DNA from: Convolutriloba macropyga
Taxonomy: Eukaryota
Assembly: GCF_964194025.1 (NCBI RefSeq)
Contig: NC_134470.1
Location: 17,437,155-17,486,000 of the forward strand
Length of the DNA stretch: 48,846 nt
Reading direction: 5' to 3'
Under the pieces are notes generated by a model, which had not been told where the DNA came from, did not search any database, and worked only from the letters and a program-made list of their open reading frames with translations. Positions 45,704-48,846 of the stretch are shown one piece after another (position 1 is the stretch's first letter; every line of letters starts with the position of its first letter). A program made the position numbers and the translations under genes.

Positions 45704-48700
45704 TGTTCCGACCTCACTTTAGTGCGGACGAGGGAACTATATACTCAAATGGTTTTTTTTGTTCTGTCAATTTTGGTTGATCGATATATTTATTGTAGAG
45801 AACTGAGACTGGTATCATTAAAGGCCTGTTCAGCGTATAATATGGAAACAAGGCGGCTCGGAAATGTGCGATGGCACATAAGGTCCCGACCCCGCCTAAT
45901 CACAATTTTGGCATAATTGTCTACCAAATGAGGAACAGATAAACACAAAAATTATTTTTTTGGGAATCCCAAAAAACTCAAAAAAGCACAAGTATTTTTC
46001 AAAAAAAAATTGTGTATGAACGATAAGATAGCCTCCAAAGCAAACAACTCAGAGGAGCAAAAATTGATGCAATTGATTGCTGTGATATGCCAATATTAAG
46101 AAAGCGAGTCAAGTTGAACAGCAAAATCAATCAACAACAAACATTAATTACATCAAAAAATTTATGTCCGTTTTGAAAAAAAGAAATTTAATTAAAATGT
46201 TAACATACCATCAGACAAAACAAAAACTAAACAAAATAACTTATAAATCACCAGAAAAAATATGGGACCAGTTTATAAAAAGTTTTGGTAACAATTAGAC
46301 AAAAAAGAACAAAAACAAAAAAGGTAAAAAATTCGCTTTTTTTTAAACAATTAAAGTCAAATTAATAAAAAACATTAGAAACCAAACAAAATATCCCAAA
46401 GGTTTACGATTACCAATTCTACTATAGAAGGGCTTTAGGAACTGTCCTCATTTATTTTTTTCAGCGGCTAAAAAGAACAACAAACAAAAATTCAATTGAA
46501 GCTTAACAGAAAACGCTGTCCAAACCGTCAAGCCATATTTTGGCCCTCAAAAATTTATCGATTGTGCCCTTTTCAAACAGCGACAAAGTAGTATATGGCC
46601 ATTCATTAGTAAGACTAGGTAACAATTTGACAAAAAAGCGAAACGTAAAAGTATGTAATAGTTTTGATTTTTTTTTCGAAGCAAAATTACATCCAAAGTC
46701 ATGAAAGACATTAATTACTAAAAGAACTATTTAAATAGGGTCAGTTATTCATCCACAGGAAGCCATGAGACCTGCAAATATCCAGATTTTTTCGTGCGTG
46801 TACAAAAACAACGTCAAGTATGACATAAACACAATTAATTTAACTTTTTTGTGAAAAACCGGTATCGAAGCCAGTAAGGTCATAACGAATACGAAAAAAA
46901 TAGATTTTGGGACATCAATCCCCTTTGACACCTTCCTTTGTCACCCATAATGTCATAATTGACCTGTATTTAACCAACAAGATCAGGTAACAAATAGAAA
47001 TTTAAAAAGAACAAAATTGCTAAGTTAAAAAGTTTTTTTTTTAGTTTTGTTAAACAATTTTTTCAAAGTCATTGAAGCCATCAGCTACGTACTAACATCA
47101 GAAGATCTGCTCATCAATTTGTCCATGAAAAACCGATGAAACCTATCCATTTACAGAAAATTTCATAGGACCCCAACGACAAAGTAAAAATGACGGTTAA
47201 AGACAAAATTTCAATTAAATTCTTCAAGAAAGAGGTGTCGGTGCTGTCAAAACGGTAATCTATGTTGTTCAGGATTTTAGTAAGTGCAATTATGATATAT
47301 TTTGAGCGCTTATAATGTGATATGAGAACTGTCAATAATGTGATAAGGTGACAAAACTAGAAAACGTGAAAAACTGGCAAATATCTTAAAACAAAAAAAC
47401 TGAAATCTAGTAGTATCAAAGGCAGAAAAGAAAACTTCAGGCTTAGAACCACAACCGAGACTAAACTTCAAATCAGTAGAATGAAGAAGTATTCTTTCTT
47501 TGCTGACACTAAGCTAGAAGTTGAACAAATTAAGAAAAAGAATAGAGGAGAAGTTAATTAAGCCATTATTTATTTGAAAATCAATTATTTTTAAAGGTCG
47601 AAATGACCACAAACATTCAAGAAAAAATTTAAATGCATTACCTTGGAGCTCCTTAGAAAGCCAAATAGACCTACTACTCCTGCGCTTTGATTTGATATGT
47701 TGTGTTCCTTTTTATTTAAAAAAACGTCTTTTTTAAAAAAAAAGACCGACTGATTGCAATCCGACTTCTTTTTGGATAGTAACAGTCCAAGATTGGCCCA
47801 AAACTAGCCCTGCTAATGATTATTGTCCGTTAGGAACAATTGATTTTTCGAATGTTGTAGATATAGATAATTTGTTCGTTGAAAACTCAAAAATAATTTC
47901 TGCATTTCTGAAAACCAACGAGTGAAGTTAGCAAAAAACGGCGAAGTTTTAATTACAGAGCACCCTCAACGGACGCCGAAGTAGGAATAGCCCCTTCTGA
48001 GTCTACAAGGATTGTATGAGTATTGTTTGGGGCTGTACTGCAGGCAAATTTAATCAAAGTGGACTAAAGTAGCTTATTTCGTGCCGTTTTTTGATGAAAA
48101 AGGCTGAATTTTGTATTATTTATCCAGAATTTTTTTCCAAAAAATTAAATCAAAACAATCAACAAAGCTTGTTTGTCTTTAAAAATATAGTCAACGACAC
48201 TATTCTCAAAAATTTTATTAAATTTTAGAAAAATTGACGAAAATTTAGGCGAAAATTCCGGAAAAAGTGAATAAAAACAACGTGAATTCACTCTACTTTT
48301 CTCATAAGTTTAAACCTCGATAACTCCCTGTAGAAAACGAAAATTTAAAAAATCTTTTTAGTTCCATATTCTACGCTGGACGAGCTTTCTAATGATACCA
48401 GTCTCAACTCTCTACGATGAATATATCGATCGGCGAAAATTCACGGAACAAAAAAAAACCCATTTGAGTATATAGTTCCTCCCCCCTCAGGAGGGTCGGA
48501 ACAATAAAACGAATCTTCTGATTTTCGTTTTTTACGGGGAGTTATCGAAGTTTAAATTTTTTTTAACGCTAGACTGAAAGACTTGTTTTAGTTCACATTT
48601 TTCGTATCTTTTGACCAAAATTTCAGCAATTTTGCTGAAAAATGATGAAGTTTTTGATGACAATATTATTGTGTTAATTTTTAAGGATAGAGAAGCATTG

Positions 48701-48846
48701 CCGTTTTGTTTTATTGAAGTTTTTAGTTAAAATTTTAGCCAGATTTTTTGGGTTTCAGTCTTTTTGGGTTTCAAATCAAAACTGGCTCCAAATGCGCTTC
48801 TGTATACCGCTTGTTTAAGTTGTTAAAATATGCCGGAAGTAGAGAC
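45704..48846 (+). mobile_element. HINE family copy C (45704-45845 joined to 48505-window end), interrupted by copy B
   Basis: Starts TGTTCCGACC...GGAACTATATACTCAAATGG. It breaks at TAATATGG(AA) and resumes at TAAAACGAATCTTCTGATTTTCGTTTTTTACGGGGAGTTATCGAAG, which restores the contiguous sequence seen in A and B. Confidence 0.8.
45846..48504 (-). mobile_element. HINE family copy B, both ends present, nested in copy C
   Basis: 3' end read on +: AAACAAG (45846-45852), hairpin ATGTGC-gatg-GCACAT (45864-45879), subTIR GTCCCGACC (45883-45891). 5' end read on +: GTTCCTCCCCCCTCAGGAGGGTCGGAACAA, ending at 48504. No TSD; A-run junctions. Confidence 0.82.

Noticed and set aside
45704-48503. Ginger-like TGT...ACA element with ~140-bp TIRs
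   Set aside because: No TSD. The inverted ends are explained by opposite-orientation nesting of two HINE copies.

Overview
AT-rich, repeat-dense eukaryotic DNA, most likely an invertebrate animal, from a scaffolded assembly with two N gaps. It is not prokaryotic, and I saw no rRNA, tRNA or CRISPR array. The only clear host gene is exon 1 of a class A GPCR (33549-34320, +). It has a signal peptide and TM1-4, and ends at a GTAAGT donor; the intron appears to run past the window end. Identifiable mobile DNA, all decayed: (i) a CRE-type RT/RLE non-LTR retroelement ORF (8202-11081) bracketed by what look like Helentron/DINE-1-type termini, with part of its RT replaced by a 43-bp fold-back; (ii) a DINE-1/HINE-like rolling-circle family in four copies or fragments, one nested without TSD inside another (14607-17849; 45488-48846); (iii) two BEL/Pao LTR retrotransposons (about 20850-24220 on -, about 34961-42465 on + inside the GPCR intron); (iv) a Gypsy gag fragment fused to BEL RT; (v) a CCC-terminated, 2-bp-TSD CMC/EnSpm-type MITE carrying G-rich and C-rich tracts; (vi) a small MITE inside an LTR; (vii) a tandem dimer of palindromic units. 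Much of the rest (about 1-7900, 11150-14180, 29700-32450, 42470-45480) I could not assign. All alignments were made by eye, so boundaries marked approximate need computational confirmation.
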